Assembly: GCA_036785375.1 (NCBI GenBank)
Contig: JAWMAR010000006.1
Location: 6,758,001-6,822,000 of the forward strand
Length of the DNA: 64,000 nucleotides
Source of the DNA: Leucoraja ocellata
Taxonomy: Eukaryota
Reading direction: 5' to 3'
Of the stretch, positions 61,820 through 64,000 are shown in pieces. Positions within the stretch are counted from its first letter, which is position 1; each line of letters begins with the position of its first letter. The position numbers and the translations under genes were made by a program. Under the pieces are notes generated by a model, which saw only the letters and a program-made list of their open reading frames with translations, was not told the origin of the DNA and made no database searches.

Positions 61820-62790
61820 GAATGAGACAATGTGGGACTTCCGGCTTCTGTTACTCCTGTTCAATAGTAGCAGTGACAAGAGGGTAAGGGCATAATGGTG
61901 GGGATCCTCGATGATGGATGCCACCTTTTGAAGTAGTGGCTCATGCAGATGATTTGAATGGTGGAGAGACATCCGAGTCTTTTGCTTTGAAGTGCTGCAC
62001 CAGCCCTTGATGCAATCAGTCAGATATTTTCTGCAGTACATCTGCAGAATTTTGTTCAAGTATTCAGTAACAGACCGAATCGCTTTAATCTTCTTAGAAA
62101 GTAGAGGCGCAAGCATGCCTTCTCTGTGATTACAGCTATGAGCTAAGCCCAGGACAAGTCACCCAACACATCAATGCCCAAAAATTTCTATCTTTCACCA
62201 ACTCACCAATTAAAAATGGAACGCAGTCTCCCGATCTCTCCTTCCAGAAGTTAATTAGTTGCAAGTTTTGTTAACATTGAACTAGTTATTGTTGTGACAC
62301 CAATCACAGATGTTATATTCTTTCCTGTACGCTGACTCACCAACACCTGTGATTCAGCCAACAATAGTGGTATCATCAGAGTACAGCAGCAGGCGAAGCA
62401 CCCAGGCTTGAGATGTTGATGGCTAGTGAGTGGACAAATTGTAATATTTCGAAGTTCGCTGATAATACAAAATTTGTATCAGTGTAGATTACGAGGAGTA
62501 TGCAGGGAGGCTTTAGAGCAATACAGATAAGCTGTGAATGGGTGAGGAGGTGGGAGAACGAATATAATATAGAAAATGTGAGGTTATTCACTGGGTGTGA
62601 AAAATTAAAAATAAAAAAGCATTTTCAGGCTTAGTTGATCTTGTATACGAATAAAGTGATGCTAACATGGATGTGGGAGCATGTAAGGCAAATGGTAAAC
62701 TAGCCTTTGAGCACTAAAGAGATATTTCTGCATTTATATAAACCCCACATGTTATTACATCTAGAATATTGGGAAATGGGGAAAATGGGC
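61820..62790. mobile_element. Decayed Rex1 fragment (minus, ~61820-62385) and CR1 fragment (plus, ~62420-62790)
   Basis: KVASIIEDPHH.AL.L.SLL Rex1 C-terminal motif; KFADNTK and aaatgtgaggttattcact CR1 motifs. Confidence 0.6.
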
Positions 62791-62799
62791 CCCGAGTCC

Positions 62800-63945
62800 A
62801 GGGGGTGGCACAGGGAATGGAGGGGGGGAGGGTGGTAGAATTCTTGTTTGTAAGTGAGTTATCTAAAATTGAATATGCATACTGTTTGGTTGTAAGCTAT
62901 CCAAGAGGAATACGACTTCTGTTGCTCCAATTTTTGTAGCCTCAATCTGGCAATGGAGGTAGCCCAGGACAGAAAGGTTAGTCTGGGTAGAGGCAAAATG
63001 CTGGAGTAACTCAGCTGGTGAGGTAGTATCTCTTGAGAGAAGGAATGGGCGTGTTTCGGGTCGAGACCCTTCTTCAGACTGATGTCGGGGGAGGGGGTAA
63101 GACAAAGATCGAATGTAGTCGGAGACAGTAAGACTAATGGGAAAACTGGGAAGGAGATGGAGAAAGAAAGCAAGGGCCATCTGAAGTTAGAGAAGTCAAT
63201 GTTCACACCACTGCGGTGTAAACTAGCCAAATGTGGTGCTGTACCTCCAATTTGCACTGGGCCTCACTCTGACAATGGAGAAGGCCCAGGACAGAAAGGT
63301 CAGATTAGGAATGGGAGGGGGAGTTGAAGCGCTGAGACACCGGGAGATCAGGTAGGTTAAGACGGGCTGAGTGGTGTTCAGTGGAACATGGGGTTGGGAG
63401 CTAAAATGGTTAGCAACCGGGAGATCAAGCAGGTCTTCGCGGACTGGGTACATTTGTTCGGCCAAATGGTCGCTGAGTCTATGCTTGGTCTCACCATTGT
63501 AAAGGAGGAACACCGAATGCAGTAGATGAGGTTAGAGGAGATGCACGTCGTGAACCTCCGTTGCACCTTGAAAGACTGCTGAGATTCATGTATGAATGCG
63601 AGGGAAGAGGTATAGGGACAGGCGTTACATCGCCTGTGGTTGCAGGTGAAACTACCTGCAGGAGGTGGTTTGGGTGAGAAAAGATGTGTGAACCAAACAG
63701 CTGCGGAGGGATTGGTCTCTGTCAGAAAAAGGTGGGCTTTGAAGGTGTGATTGATGGTGGGATCATGCTGAAGGGTGTGTTGCATGGTGTGCCTGGTGGG
63801 GTGAAAGGCAAGGACCAGAGGAAATATATTCTTGTTCCAATGTGGGGGAGGAGGAGTGAGAGCAAAACTACGAGGATATGCAAGTGAGGGATTGATATCA
63901 AAGCTATTGGAAACCACGTTTACTCAAGAAAGAGGACATCTTGTA
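62800..63945 (-). mobile_element. Penelope-like element 3' region: GIY-YIG endonuclease remnant and partly tandem terminal repeat
   Basis: FPLVLAFHP...CNHRRCNACPY...RRFTTCISSNLIYCIRCS / LLYNGETKHRLSDHLAE...PVANHF; 62860-62985 repeats 63180-63300; hammerhead-type module at 63050-63077. Confidence 0.85.
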
Positions 63946-64000
63946 CAGAGAAATCAAGCCTATACTCTTGTTGAGTTGGAAAGTACATTTTTCAAATATT

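Overview
Vertebrate genomic DNA with introns and dense repeats. The CR1/HER1-type LINEs, V-SINE/HE1-type SINEs and cluster-type Ig organisation point to a cartilaginous fish, probably a skate or ray (inference). Left part (4.0-16.1 kb): an immunoglobulin light-chain locus with sigma-like V sequence. It has one apparently intact split cluster on + (promoter, leader, V with canonical 12-RSS, J with a poor nonamer, C, polyA) and two head-to-head decayed copies. One copy looks like a fossil germline-joined VJ; the other is inverted, has V fused to the J tail and has lost its C exon. Right part: the last four coding exons of ELAVL1/HuR on the minus strand; the ATG exon was not found and probably lies beyond the right edge. 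ELAVL1 is followed by about 9 kb without recognisable repeats (candidate very long 3'UTR) and has a candidate stop-containing exon with a ~150-nt AG-exclusion zone. The rest is a mosaic of CR1, Rex1, Penelope (with minimal hammerhead-ribozyme motifs), hAT, Tc1, Gypsy, Helitron and SINE fragments. All alignments were done by eye and repeat boundaries are approximate.
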